A DNA stretch of 64,000 nucleotides, taken from the NCBI GenBank assembly GCA_963704575.1, contig OY969918.1:3479122-3543121 (forward strand). Direction: 5' to 3'. Each line of letters begins with the position of its first letter. The first letter of the stretch is position 1. This document shows positions 1-9,327 of the stretch, piece by piece. This DNA comes from an uncultured Acidobacteriota bacterium. Its GTDB lineage: Bacteria > Acidobacteriota > Vicinamibacteria > Vicinamibacterales > SCN-69-37. The notes under the pieces were generated by a model. It was not told the DNA's origin. It searched no databases and saw only the letters and a list, made by a program, of their open reading frames with translations. The position numbers and the translations under genes are program-made.

Positions 1-1070
1 CGATCGCCGAATCGACCGACGCGCTGGCCAGGACGAAGGCCGACGCGCTCGGTGTGCGAAAGGCGTACGGCACCTACGAGGCGCTCATCGCCGATCCGGA
101 CGTGCACGTCGTCCATAACGCCACGCCGAACTACCTTCACTACGAGGTGAACGCCGCCGTCATCGCGGCCGGCAAACACATCGTTTCTGACAAGCCGCTT
201 GCGATGTCCGGCGACCAGGCAGCCGCCCTGCTCGATCAGGCGACGAAAGCCGGAATCGTGCACGCCGTGATGTTCAATTATCGCGGCAACCCGCTTGTCC
301 AGCAGGCGCGCGATGTGATCGCGCGCGGGGCTATTGGGCGTCCCACTTTTATTCACGGGTTCTACCTGCAGGACTGGCTGCTGAAGGACACGGATTACTC
401 GTGGCGGCTCGAGCCCGACAAGGGCGGGCCGTCGGCGGCGCTGGCCGACATCGGCACGCACTGGTGCGATCTGGCCATGCATGTCAGCGGGCTGCGCATC
501 GTCGAGGTGCTGGCGGAGCTCACGACGGTGGTGACGGTCCGTCACAAGCCCGCCGCGGCGCGCGAGGCGTTTCAAGCGGCCGCCGGACCTGCCAGAGGTT
601 CGATCGGCACGCCCATCGTCGTCGACGATCTCGCATCGGTGCTGCTGCGATTCGAGAACGGAGCACGAGGGTCGCTGTCGGTCGGTCAGGTCTGCGCCGG
701 TCACAAGAATGATCTGCGGATTGAGATCTGCGGCTCGGAGGCATCACTCGCCTGGCAGCAGGAACAGCAGAATCAGCTCTGGATTGGGCGGCGCGACTCG
801 GCTAACCAGGTGCTCACGAAAGATCCATCGCTGCTCGACGCGGCGGCACGGCCTTACGCGCACCTGCCCGGCGGCCATCAGGAGGGCTGGGCTGACGCGC
901 TCTGCAATCAGGTCCGCGACATCTACGCTGTCGTTGCGACCGGGAACGGCGCAGGTGGACGGCCGCCCGCGTTCGCGACATTCGAAGATGGCTGCCGCGC
1001 GAATCGGATCGTGGACGCCATGCTCGAGAGCGCAGCGCGGGGTGGCGTCTGGATGAAGGTCATCGCGTAG
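1..1070 (+). CDS. Gfo/Idh/MocA family oxidoreductase (5' end outside window)
   Basis: Frame is open from the window edge. The listed M at 54 is an internal GTG/Val. ...YGTYEALIADPDVHVVHNATPNYLH...VSDKPLA... and the C-terminal alpha/beta region fit the Gfo/Idh/MocA pattern. Confidence 0.85.
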   Translation, partial: IAESTDALARTKADALGVRKAYGTYEALIADPDVHVVHNATPNYLHYEVNAAVIAAGKHIVSDKPLAMSGDQAAALLDQATKAGIVHAVMFNYRGNPLVQQARDVIARGAIGRPTFIHGFYLQDWLLKDTDYSWRLEPDKGGPSAALADIGTHWCDLAMHVSGLRIVEVLAELTTVVTVRHKPAAAREAFQAAAGPARGSIGTPIVVDDLASVLLRFENGARGSLSVGQVCAGHKNDLRIEICGSEASLAWQQEQQNQLWIGRRDSANQVLTKDPSLLDAAARPYAHLPGGHQEGWADALCNQVRDIYAVVATGNGAGGRPPAFATFEDGCRANRIVDAMLESAARGGVWMKVIA

Positions 1071-1109
1071 CGCGGGCGACGACCAGTCGGCCCGGTTGAG
1101 AATGGCGCC

Positions 1110-2048
1110 TTACGTCGTGAGACTTTTGGCCGGGGGATGGCCGTTGACGTGCGGTCGGAGCACGGTTGCGATGAACCGGTGCACCGGCGTCAACGCTCCG
1201 GCCGCGTCACCAAGACGGACGATCGCGCCGCTGAGCCACGGCAACTCGAGCCGGCGACCGCGTTCGAGATCCTCGAGCATCGACGACTTGGCTTCGGGCG
1301 CGATCGTCATCCACATCTTGCGAATGTCGTCGAGCGCACCCTCTGGCAGGGTCACGCCGGACGCGAGCGCAACGTTCATGCCCTCGAGCCAGGCGGCCTC
1401 GACCATTGCCTGCAGATCCGGGTCGCCGCGGACGGGACCGACCGAAGATCGCGTCACGGCCGTCATGCCGCTGAAGACCGTCAGCCGGATGAATTTCGAC
1501 CAGATGTCGCCTTTGATGTGATCGCTCAACGTGGCTTGAAAGTTCGTTTGCACGCACGCGGCGAGAAAGCGCTCGAGCCGCGCCGATCTGCGTCCGTCGA
1601 TTTCGCCGAAGATCAGTTGATCCATCACCGTGTGACGGATGACGCCAGGTTCGGTCACGACCGCGGTGATGTAGGCGACGCCGCCCGCGACGTTCGCGGC
1701 CGGCAGGACGCGCGAGAGAATCTGGACGCCGTCGACGCCGTTCTGAAACGGAATCACGACCGTGTCGGGCCCGACGAGCGGCGCGAGTGTGCTGGCGGCC
1801 GCGTCAGCGTCGTACATCTTCACCGCGAAGATCACAACGTCGACCGGACCGGCTTCAGCCGGCGTCTCGACGGCTCGCACATGCGGCAGGTGCAGGTCGC
1901 CTTTCGGGCTGACGAGTCGCAATCCGCGCGTCCGCAATGCCTCGAGATGCGCACCGCGCGCGAGGAATGTGACGTCGCTGCCTGCCGCCGCCAGCCGCCC
2001 GCCGAAGTACCCGCCCACGCCGCCGCTGCCGAAGACCGCGATTTTCAT
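1110..2048 (-). CDS. panE: 2-dehydropantoate 2-reductase (ApbA/PanE family)
   Basis: Rossmann N-terminus MKIAVFGSGGVGGYFGGRLA at an internal ATG (2046-2048). The overall length and pattern are ketopantoate-reductase-like. The first 10 codons of the listed ORF are discounted. Confidence 0.8.
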   Translation of the reverse strand: MKIAVFGSGGVGGYFGGRLAAAGSDVTFLARGAHLEALRTRGLRLVSPKGDLHLPHVRAVETPAEAGPVDVVIFAVKMYDADAAASTLAPLVGPDTVVIPFQNGVDGVQILSRVLPAANVAGGVAYITAVVTEPGVIRHTVMDQLIFGEIDGRRSARLERFLAACVQTNFQATLSDHIKGDIWSKFIRLTVFSGMTAVTRSSVGPVRGDPDLQAMVEAAWLEGMNVALASGVTLPEGALDDIRKMWMTIAPEAKSSMLEDLERGRRLELPWLSGAIVRLGDAAGALTPVHRFIATVLRPHVNGHPPAKSLTT

Positions 2049-2124
2049 GACGTGATGGACGATAGCCCGCGGCGGCAACGAGACGCAAGGCCGTCGGCCG
2101 CGTCACAGCCGTCGCTGAGCGCGA

Positions 2125-3213
2125 TCACAGCACGCGCTGAATCGTCCAGAAGAGCCCGGTCAGGCCAATCGCGCCCGACGCGAGCGCCGCGATCGGCCGC
2201 CGCCATCCCTCGCGGACCGTCGTCGCGACGCCGATCGCGAGCGCCGCCAGAGCGATCACCGTCAACTGTCCGCCTTCGACGCCGACATTGAACGCCACGA
2301 GCGTGGACAGCATCTCGGGCCGCGAGAGGTGCAGGCTCGCAAGCGCCTCCGCGAAGCCGAGGCCATGCAGCAGCCCGAAACAGAACACGATCACGACGCG
2401 CCACGGCTGCAGCTTCGACGTCATCAGGTTCTCGACGCCCACGTACGCGACCGACAGCGCGATCAGCGGTTCGACGATCCGCGGCGGCAGCGAGAAGACG
2501 CCGTACAGGCTAAGCCCGAGCGTGATCGAATGCGCGAGCGTGAACGCGCTCACCTGCGCGAGCAGTTGCGCTGGCCGTCTGCTGAGCAGGAACAGCCCGA
2601 CGACGAACAGGATATGGTCGATCCCCTTCGGCAGGATGTGCGTGAATCCCAGCCAGACGCCGCGGCCGATCGCGCGCGTCTGATCGACGCCCTGGAGCGC
2701 AATCGGCTCACTCGCCTCTTGCCCCTGCAGCCAGCGAACGACTTCACGGCCCACCGGCGTGCGGATCGCGATTGGATACGAGCCGTACATGAGCGACGAC
2801 GCCCAGGTCACGGTGCAGGTGCCGATTGGCGCGATGCCCTTCATCTCGATCGTCGCCAGACCGGCCGCATCCACGACCGCGGGCCCGATGACCGGCGCCG
2901 CAGCGTGGCCGTCGAATTCGATCGTCACGTGCGCGAGCAGCACGCCGCTGAGCGCGTTCAACCGGGGGGCGCGCTCGGCAGGAGTCGCCGGAGTGGCTGG
3001 CAGCGTCTCTCTCGACAGCGCTTCGAGCTTCGCGATGAGCGGATCCGCATCCGCGGTCAACGTCGCCACGTATCGATCGCTCCGATCGATGACCAACGAC
3101 ACCGTTGTCGTGGACACCGGATGCGCGCAGAGCGCGGCAGAGAGCCCCCATGCCGCGACGCACAGCGTGATCGCGAACGCGCACCGCCGACGGCCGAGCG
3201 CGGTCAGGGTCAT
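2125..3213 (-). CDS. HupE/UreJ-like membrane protein with ~170-aa N-terminal periplasmic domain
   Basis: Signal peptide, then a C-terminal TM core: GIDHILFVVGLFLL...AFTLAHSITLGL...FGLLHGLGFA, typical of the HupE/UreJ_2 family. Its ATG overlaps the stop of the upstream TPR gene (ATGA at 3210-3213). Confidence 0.7.
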   Translation of the reverse strand: MTLTALGRRRCAFAITLCVAAWGLSAALCAHPVSTTTVSLVIDRSDRYVATLTADADPLIAKLEALSRETLPATPATPAERAPRLNALSGVLLAHVTIEFDGHAAAPVIGPAVVDAAGLATIEMKGIAPIGTCTVTWASSLMYGSYPIAIRTPVGREVVRWLQGQEASEPIALQGVDQTRAIGRGVWLGFTHILPKGIDHILFVVGLFLLSRRPAQLLAQVSAFTLAHSITLGLSLYGVFSLPPRIVEPLIALSVAYVGVENLMTSKLQPWRVVIVFCFGLLHGLGFAEALASLHLSRPEMLSTLVAFNVGVEGGQLTVIALAALAIGVATTVREGWRRPIAALASGAIGLTGLFWTIQRVL

Positions 3214-4538
3214 CGCCGTGCGATCGTCGGGCTGTCGAGCGCCGCGCGCAACACGGTCGCTGCCGGCGCGGCCACGAGATCGAACCGCGGCGAGCCGTCG
3301 AGCGCCTCAGCCAGGAGTCGGCGCGCCTCGTCGACGTGCCCTGTCGCTCGGGCGATCGCGGCCGCGTGGTACCGCATCACCCGATCGCGCGAATTCGTCG
3401 AAAGCGCGTGCTTGATCGCCTCGCTGGCCTGATCGAACCGGCCGGTCTTGAAATACGCCCACGCCAGCGCGTCTTCCGTGAAGATGTCGTGGCGATCGGC
3501 CACTGCCGATTCCGCGATACGCACCGCGTCGTCGAGCCGCCGGCCGCGCTCGGCGAGGAACCGTGCGAGGCGCGGCGGATCGGGCGTGTCCGATTGCCAC
3601 GCCGCTTCGGCGAGCCGGTACTGGCGTTCGGCGTCGTCCGGACGACCGAGGGTGATCAGTAGATCTCCGGCGAGGCCAAGCGTCGCGGCGGTCGGTGCCT
3701 GCGCAAGCGAACGATTGACGATCTCGAGCGCGGCCGCGTACTGGCCTTTGGCCGCGGCGACCCGCGCGAGGCCCTCGGCCGCGAACGGATGCCCGGGAAA
3801 CGCGTAATCGGCATGCGCATACATCCGTTCCGCAGCGTCCGTCTGCCCGATCTCCATGAGCAGGTGGCCGATCTGCGCGTAGTGCCACGCAAGCGACTCC
3901 GGATCCTGCGCGCTCGTGGCTTCGGTCGCCATACGCATGAAACGCAGCGCGCCCTCGAGATCGCCCTGCAGTTCCCTGGCGTACGACGCCCGCGAGTACG
4001 ACGCGGCATTCGGACGATGAGCCGCCATGCGATCGAGCGCGTCGAACGCCTCGCGATACTCGCCGAGCTCGATATGCGCGTCCCCGATCACGCCGTACAC
4101 CCAGGCATCGTCTGTGCGGCTGAGAAGACAGCGGTTGGCCTCGGAGAGCGCGTCACGAAAGCGATGCTGCGACGCATAGACTGCGGCGAGCATGCGATGC
4201 GCGTCGTAGTCGTCTGGATGTGCTGAAATCGCGCCCTGAAGGGCCTGTTCCGCCTCGATCGCGAGACCGGCATTGCTGACGACTCGCGTTTGGCGAAGTA
4301 ACGCGTCGGCTAGCAGCACGGCGGATTTCGCGTCGCCAGGCACCTTGGCCACGCGCGCGCGCATCGTCGTCACGGTGGCGTCGAGGGCCGCGCGGGAAGT
4401 CGACGAACCACCGGGAGAACCGGCGAGCGGCGTCGCGGTCTCCCGGCGGTCCGTCAATGTGCGTGCACACCCTGAGGCGGCCGCCAGGACCGCCGCCACG
4501 GCCGCAAGTGTGGTCCAGCGTCTCAGGTGGTGTGACAT
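3210..4538 (-). CDS. TPR-repeat lipoprotein
   Basis: Internal start MSHHLRRWTTLAAVAAVLAAASGC (lipobox-like), followed by repeated A/Y/L TPR-type helices. There is a 4-nt overlap with the HupE-like gene. Confidence 0.75.
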   Translation of the reverse strand: MSHHLRRWTTLAAVAAVLAAASGCARTLTDRRETATPLAGSPGGSSTSRAALDATVTTMRARVAKVPGDAKSAVLLADALLRQTRVVSNAGLAIEAEQALQGAISAHPDDYDAHRMLAAVYASQHRFRDALSEANRCLLSRTDDAWVYGVIGDAHIELGEYREAFDALDRMAAHRPNAASYSRASYARELQGDLEGALRFMRMATEATSAQDPESLAWHYAQIGHLLMEIGQTDAAERMYAHADYAFPGHPFAAEGLARVAAAKGQYAAALEIVNRSLAQAPTAATLGLAGDLLITLGRPDDAERQYRLAEAAWQSDTPDPPRLARFLAERGRRLDDAVRIAESAVADRHDIFTEDALAWAYFKTGRFDQASEAIKHALSTNSRDRVMRYHAAAIARATGHVDEARRLLAEALDGSPRFDLVAAPAATVLRAALDSPTIARR

Positions 4539-4542
4539 GGCC

Positions 4543-5133
4543 CTAGAACCCCACGACCAGCGCCGCCGACGCGCGCCAGAAGTGCAACGTCGAGACCTGC
4601 AATCCGAACAGGTTCGAGTCGTCGTCCGTATTGCCGTGGCCACGGAAGTAGCGGATGTCGCCGCGGACGCCCACGTTGTTCGTCCAGATCTTCTCCGCGC
4701 CCGCGCCGAAGTTGAAGGCCGGTTCGGTCTTCTTCAGCTCTGAGAATCCGCCGGCTTCCGCGAGGTCCACGCGAATCAATCCGTAGCCCGCGACCCCGAA
4801 CACGGACATCCTGGCTGAACCGAAACGCGCCAGGAAGTTCGCGCTGCCCGTCGTCACCGAACGGCTCGTGAGAAAGCCGGTCTGTTCGAAGAAGTTCGGC
4901 GTAGCGGCCACCTCGCCTTCGACCCCCCACCAGCTCTTGCTGCGCCATCCGCCGGCAACGCCAACGGCGGTGCCGTTGGTCGTCGTGTCGCCCGAGAACG
5001 TGGTGCCGAGGAATGGCGCCAGGTAGAGGCGTGGCATGTCCATCATGGACGGCGCCACCGGCGTTTGCGCTACGGCCACCGTCGGCAGTGACAGCAGCAA
5101 CAGCAGGAGGACGCCTTTGGTCAGTCGTGTCAT
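4543..5133 (-). CDS. small outer-membrane beta-barrel protein (OmpW/OmpA-barrel-like)
   Basis: Signal peptide MTRLTKGVLLLLLLSLPTVAVAQ, alternating beta-strand pattern and a C-terminal aromatic residue (…LVVGF). AGGAG lies 7 nt upstream of the ATG at 5133. Confidence 0.6.
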   Translation of the reverse strand: MTRLTKGVLLLLLLSLPTVAVAQTPVAPSMMDMPRLYLAPFLGTTFSGDTTTNGTAVGVAGGWRSKSWWGVEGEVAATPNFFEQTGFLTSRSVTTGSANFLARFGSARMSVFGVAGYGLIRVDLAEAGGFSELKKTEPAFNFGAGAEKIWTNNVGVRGDIRYFRGHGNTDDDSNLFGLQVSTLHFWRASAALVVGF

Positions 5134-5174
5134 GTCCAGTCTCCTTCGTAACGCGTCGTCGGCCTGCCCGACAC

Positions 5175-6542
5175 TCACTTGTTGCCCGGGTGCGGCGACG
5201 CGATGTACGGGAACGTCGCCGGAAACGGCTTGTCGTTGGCGCCGACGCCGTCGCCAAGCTGTGCGTTGATCCCGGTGTTGAAGTTGGGTGTGAGGGGCGT
5301 CGCGCCCGCCATGGCCCGCAGCGCGATGTCGACGACGTCGTCGATCGGGCGGCGGCCGTTGGGGAATCCGGCGGGATCGCCCGCAAGAACGCCGAGCGCG
5401 AGCGGGTTGGATGTGGGGGCAATCGCCATATTCAGGCGGAGCATTTCTGACGGCGTGTCGCCGTCGCGTTTGTTCAGGCCGGGAATGCCAGTCAGGAAGA
5501 TCGTGACCAGGTCGTTGCGCGGCGCCGGCGGTGACTGGATGCCGAAGAGCGCCGACAGGAGCTTGGGCACTTCAGGATCGGTGACGAACGGCAGCGCGGC
5601 CGCGTCCTGCGTTGGCTCGAGGGAGTTGAACGTGTCCTTCGTGCCGCGCGGAATCACGACTTCGTTGACGAGGGGCTGGCCCAGACGCGAGACCTGCACG
5701 TAGTTCGAGCTGTCATGCTCCTGGCCACCGCCTCGGCTCGTGACCGACGGCCGGCTGGCGGTCGACCAGACACCGATGATCGCGTTGCGATCGGTCGCCG
5801 ACGTCGGACGCGACCCGCTGGCCGAGAGCGAGGCGATCGGCACTTCGATCGCAATCGAGTGCACGTTGAATCCGGCTAGCGAGTCCGAGTTGTTCGTGTC
5901 GGCAGGCGGCACGGCGAGCAGGTCGAATACGTTCAGATCGACGAAGAACGGATCGTCGCGCTGGCCGGCGAACACCTGCGACCCGCCCGGCAACTGGCGG
6001 ATTGCAGCAGACGCGAGCGCATCGTAGTTGGGGGTCGAGCGGATGCCGACGTTCACGGGCGGCGTCGGCACATCCTGCGCGAGCACGGTCGCGCGGCCGC
6101 GGCGCCGCGGCCCGTCGATCCGGGTCACGGTATAAGCTTGCCGCACGTTGAAGTTCGGCGAATCGAGCGAAGTGATCGGCCCGGTGTTGTAGAGGAACGT
6201 GCCGGGATTGAGCACCTGCGTCTTGAACCTGAACTGGAACGTCACGTCCTCCACGGCATCGCCGTTGTTGTCGACCATGATTTCGTAGAGGACGTTGTCG
6301 TCGAACTTGAAGAAGTTCGGCCCGCCGTACGGCGCCTCGAACGGAATGAAGTCCGCGATGAGCGTGACCCGATCCGGGTTGGCCGGGCTGACGAAGGCGT
6401 ACACGTCCGTGTTGTCTGCGAGCGGATCCTGGCTGATGAGTGGCGCTTCTCGATGGCTCGACGCACTGACGGGAAAGTTCAAGATTGAGACGATCCCGAT
6501 CGCGGCTGCCGCCATGGTTCGTGGTATCCACGTATGTTTCAC
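5175..6542 (-). CDS. DUF4331 domain-containing secreted protein
   Basis: Signal peptide followed directly by SSHREAPLISQDPLADNTDVYAF, the hallmark N-terminus of DUF4331. GTG start with GGGAGG 6 nt upstream. Confidence 0.8.
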   Translation of the reverse strand: MKHTWIPRTMAAAAIGIVSILNFPVSASSHREAPLISQDPLADNTDVYAFVSPANPDRVTLIADFIPFEAPYGGPNFFKFDDNVLYEIMVDNNGDAVEDVTFQFRFKTQVLNPGTFLYNTGPITSLDSPNFNVRQAYTVTRIDGPRRRGRATVLAQDVPTPPVNVGIRSTPNYDALASAAIRQLPGGSQVFAGQRDDPFFVDLNVFDLLAVPPADTNNSDSLAGFNVHSIAIEVPIASLSASGSRPTSATDRNAIIGVWSTASRPSVTSRGGGQEHDSSNYVQVSRLGQPLVNEVVIPRGTKDTFNSLEPTQDAAALPFVTDPEVPKLLSALFGIQSPPAPRNDLVTIFLTGIPGLNKRDGDTPSEMLRLNMAIAPTSNPLALGVLAGDPAGFPNGRRPIDDVVDIALRAMAGATPLTPNFNTGINAQLGDGVGANDKPFPATFPYIASPHPGNK

Positions 6543-6695
6543 ATGTCACCTCCCACCGGCCGGAGCGGCCGGAGTGCCGGCAAGGTCGGGGAACGGACCA
6601 TCCGGGTATGGATGTCCTACGGCCGGCACCGGTGACTGGATTTGAGCGTCGCGTCAGAGCGGCGTGACCTGCCGTACAGTAGTCAGCCGCACCAA

Positions 6696-7292
6696 ATGCC
6701 CACCGTTCGCACACTCCACCGCTGGGCCGGCGTCGTCATGCTCCTGCCGTTTCTGGCGTGGGCGGCGACCGGCGCGATCTTCTTTCTGAAACCCGGGTAC
6801 GGCGGTGCGTACGAAGCGCTGGCCGTCAAGACATACCCGCTCGAAACCGGCCAGACGCTCCCGACCAATCCGTCGTGGCAGGAGGTGCGCTACCTGCGGA
6901 CGACGCTCGGCAGTCACTTGATTGTCCGTACAGCCGCGGGATGGAAGCAGCTCGACCCGGCCACGATGGCCGAGCGTCCGTCACCCGGCACGGAAGACAT
7001 TCGCGCGCTCGTGAGTGACGCATTCACGGCCAATCCGGCCCGGTACGGGCACGTCACGAAGATTGATGGATCGACGGTGACGACCGACACGGGCGTGACG
7101 GTGACGCTCAACTGGCCGCGGCTCGCGCTGTCACAGCGCGGACCCGACACCGATCGGATCGACGGTCTGTACAGAATCCACTACCTGCAGTGGACCGGGG
7201 TCAAATCAGTGGACGAGGTGATCGGCGCGGCCGGGCTCGTGTTGATCCTCGTGCTCAGCGGCCTCGGTGTCTCGTTGTTGCTGCGGCGATAG
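6696..7292 (+). CDS. PepSY-associated two-TM membrane protein
   Basis: LHRWAGVVMLLPFLAWAATGAIFFLKPGY N-terminal TM plus a C-terminal TM, as in the PepSY_TM family. ATG at 6696 is preferred over the listed TTG at 6642. Confidence 0.6.
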   Translation: MPTVRTLHRWAGVVMLLPFLAWAATGAIFFLKPGYGGAYEALAVKTYPLETGQTLPTNPSWQEVRYLRTTLGSHLIVRTAAGWKQLDPATMAERPSPGTEDIRALVSDAFTANPARYGHVTKIDGSTVTTDTGVTVTLNWPRLALSQRGPDTDRIDGLYRIHYLQWTGVKSVDEVIGAAGLVLILVLSGLGVSLLLRR

Positions 7293-7307
7293 CGGCGCGC
7301 GCGACGC

Positions 7308-8864
7308 TCAGTGCGCCATCGTCTGCCCGCCGGCCGTCTGGGACCGGCGCATGATGAAGACGAGGGGTGACAGCACAATGAAGATGCCGCCCAGCCATTG
7401 GAACATGTGCACGAACGAGATCATGGCGGCCTGACGGTGCAGCTCGCCCGCCAGCACTTCCTGCGCGCGCGACATCGCGGTCACGGCGTCGGTACCCGCG
7501 GCCATAAACGCATTCTTCAGTCCCGTCAGCCTGGCGATCGTCGTCGGGTCGTACTCCGAGATGTTGCGGCCAAGGCTCGCGGCGATGCGCTGCTGATCGC
7601 GCGCGAGCATCGTGCCGGTCGTCGCGATGCCGATGCTGCCGCCGAGGTTGCGCATCAGGTTGAACAGACTCGTTGCGTTGCCCATCTTCTCGCGCTCGAT
7701 GCCGGACATCGTCACCGTGGTGAGCGGAACGAAGAGCAGGCCCATTCCCATGCCCTGCACCCATTGCGGCCAGAAGATGTCCCAGTAGCCGGCCTGCAGA
7801 TTCAGATTGCCCAGCCAGATCAGCGTCACGCCGCCGACGAGCAGGCCCGCGAGCAACAGCTTGCGCGGATCGACCCGTCCGGTGAGCAAGCCCACGAACG
7901 GCATGAAGACGAATGACCCCATCCCTCGTGGCGCCATCGCGATGCCGGCCTGGAGTGGCGGATAGCCCAGCACCGTCTGCAGCAGAATCGGCAGCAGCAC
8001 GAGGCTGCCGTAAAGCACGAAGCCGAGAACGGTCATCAGGAAAACGCCCACCGCGTACGTGCGTTCCTTGAACACACGCAGGTCGACGACCGGATCGTCG
8101 ACCACCAGCTCACGGATCACCAGCGCAACGAGGCAGACGGCCGCGAGAATGGCCAGGACGGTGATGGCGTGCGAGGCGAACCAGTCGGCCTCCTGCCCCT
8201 TGTCCAGCACGAACTGCAGGGCGCCGATGCCGATCGTGAGCAGGCCAATGCCCCAGTAGTCGATGCGCCGATTCGCGTTGCGGAGGTACGACGGATCGAA
8301 GATGAACGCCCGCGTCATCAGCAGCGAGGTAATGCCGACGGGCAGGTTGATATAGAACACCCACCGCCAGCTGTAGTTGTCGGTCAGCCAACCGCCGAGC
8401 AGCGGACCGAGAATCGGCGCGACGACAATCCCTAGCGCCCAGAAGGCCATCGCCTTGCCCCGGTCTTTCGGCGGAAACGCCTCGAGCAACACGGCCTGTG
8501 ACAGCGGCTGCAGACAGCCGCCCGTCGCGCCCTGAACGATGCGGAAGAGCACGAGGACACCCAGCGTCGGAGCGAGGCCGCACAGCAGCGAGGCGAATGT
8601 GAACCCCGTCACCGAAAACATCAGCAGCCGCTTGCGCCCAAACCGGCTGGCGAGCCACCCCGTCATCGGCAGAATCACGGCATTGGCAACGAGGTACGAC
8701 GTCAGCGCCCAGGTGGCCTCATCGACCGTGGCCGACAGGCTGCCCGCGATGTGCGGCAGCGACACGTTCACGACCGTGGTGTCGAGCACTTCCATGAACG
8801 TCGCGAACATGACGGACAGCGCGATGATCCATGGATTGATGTGCGGGTGATCCTGCTCGGCCAT
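7308..8864 (-). CDS. DHA2-family MFS efflux transporter (EmrB/QacA type, 14 TM)
   Basis: N-terminus INPWIIALSVMFATFMEVLDTTVVNVSLPHIAGSL and overall 518 aa, typical of EmrB/QacA. Confidence 0.9.
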   Translation of the reverse strand: MAEQDHPHINPWIIALSVMFATFMEVLDTTVVNVSLPHIAGSLSATVDEATWALTSYLVANAVILPMTGWLASRFGRKRLLMFSVTGFTFASLLCGLAPTLGVLVLFRIVQGATGGCLQPLSQAVLLEAFPPKDRGKAMAFWALGIVVAPILGPLLGGWLTDNYSWRWVFYINLPVGITSLLMTRAFIFDPSYLRNANRRIDYWGIGLLTIGIGALQFVLDKGQEADWFASHAITVLAILAAVCLVALVIRELVVDDPVVDLRVFKERTYAVGVFLMTVLGFVLYGSLVLLPILLQTVLGYPPLQAGIAMAPRGMGSFVFMPFVGLLTGRVDPRKLLLAGLLVGGVTLIWLGNLNLQAGYWDIFWPQWVQGMGMGLLFVPLTTVTMSGIEREKMGNATSLFNLMRNLGGSIGIATTGTMLARDQQRIAASLGRNISEYDPTTIARLTGLKNAFMAAGTDAVTAMSRAQEVLAGELHRQAAMISFVHMFQWLGGIFIVLSPLVFIMRRSQTAGGQTMAH

Positions 8865-8934
8865 GACCTACCGTTCTAACAAATCCGCGGGAAGAGAGCC
8901 AGCGCGCTGCGCGCGAGTGCTACGATCTTGCACC

Positions 8935-9168
8935 GTGCCGGTCGTTCTCGACTTGTCCGATCGTCCAGCCGCTCCGGAATGCCCGGACTGCGGAGACATA
9001 CTCGTCTACGTCGAGACCGAGCCCTCGTCGTCGGGCGCGTTCCGGACGGCGGCGGACTCGATGCCGAAAATGGCGATCCACTTCTACGACTGTCCGGGCT
9101 GCGCCACGTGCTGGAAGCTCGGCACCCGCCTGATGCCAGACCCCGTACGCCAGATTCTCAAGCCCTGA
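8935..9168 (+). CDS. hypothetical zinc-ribbon-like protein
   Basis: Two CxxC pairs (CPDCG ... CPGCATC) and high third-position GC. GTG at 8935 was chosen because the listed start overlaps the divergent emrB-like start. No family recognised. Confidence 0.35.
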   Translation: MPVVLDLSDRPAAPECPDCGDILVYVETEPSSSGAFRTAADSMPKMAIHFYDCPGCATCWKLGTRLMPDPVRQILKP

Positions 9169-9327
9169 CCTGCCACCGCGCAGGCGGCGGCTCGTCGTCC
9201 GGCAGTCGCGAATTCCACAACACAATTTTCAATTATCAAATTAGAAGTGCCCCTATCTCGATCCGAGATGGCGCGGATTCGCCATTTCTATTTCACATCC
9301 ACGAATAAATCAGCGAGAGTGCGTGTC

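Noticed and set aside
9247-9327. 27-codon N-terminal extension of gltB, and a sigma-54-like TGGCGCG…CGCC motif inside it
   Set aside because: The extension lies in the AT-rich promoter-like island with atypical codons. The putative -24/-12 elements have GG-N9-GC spacing (one short) and a poor -12, so neither was reported.
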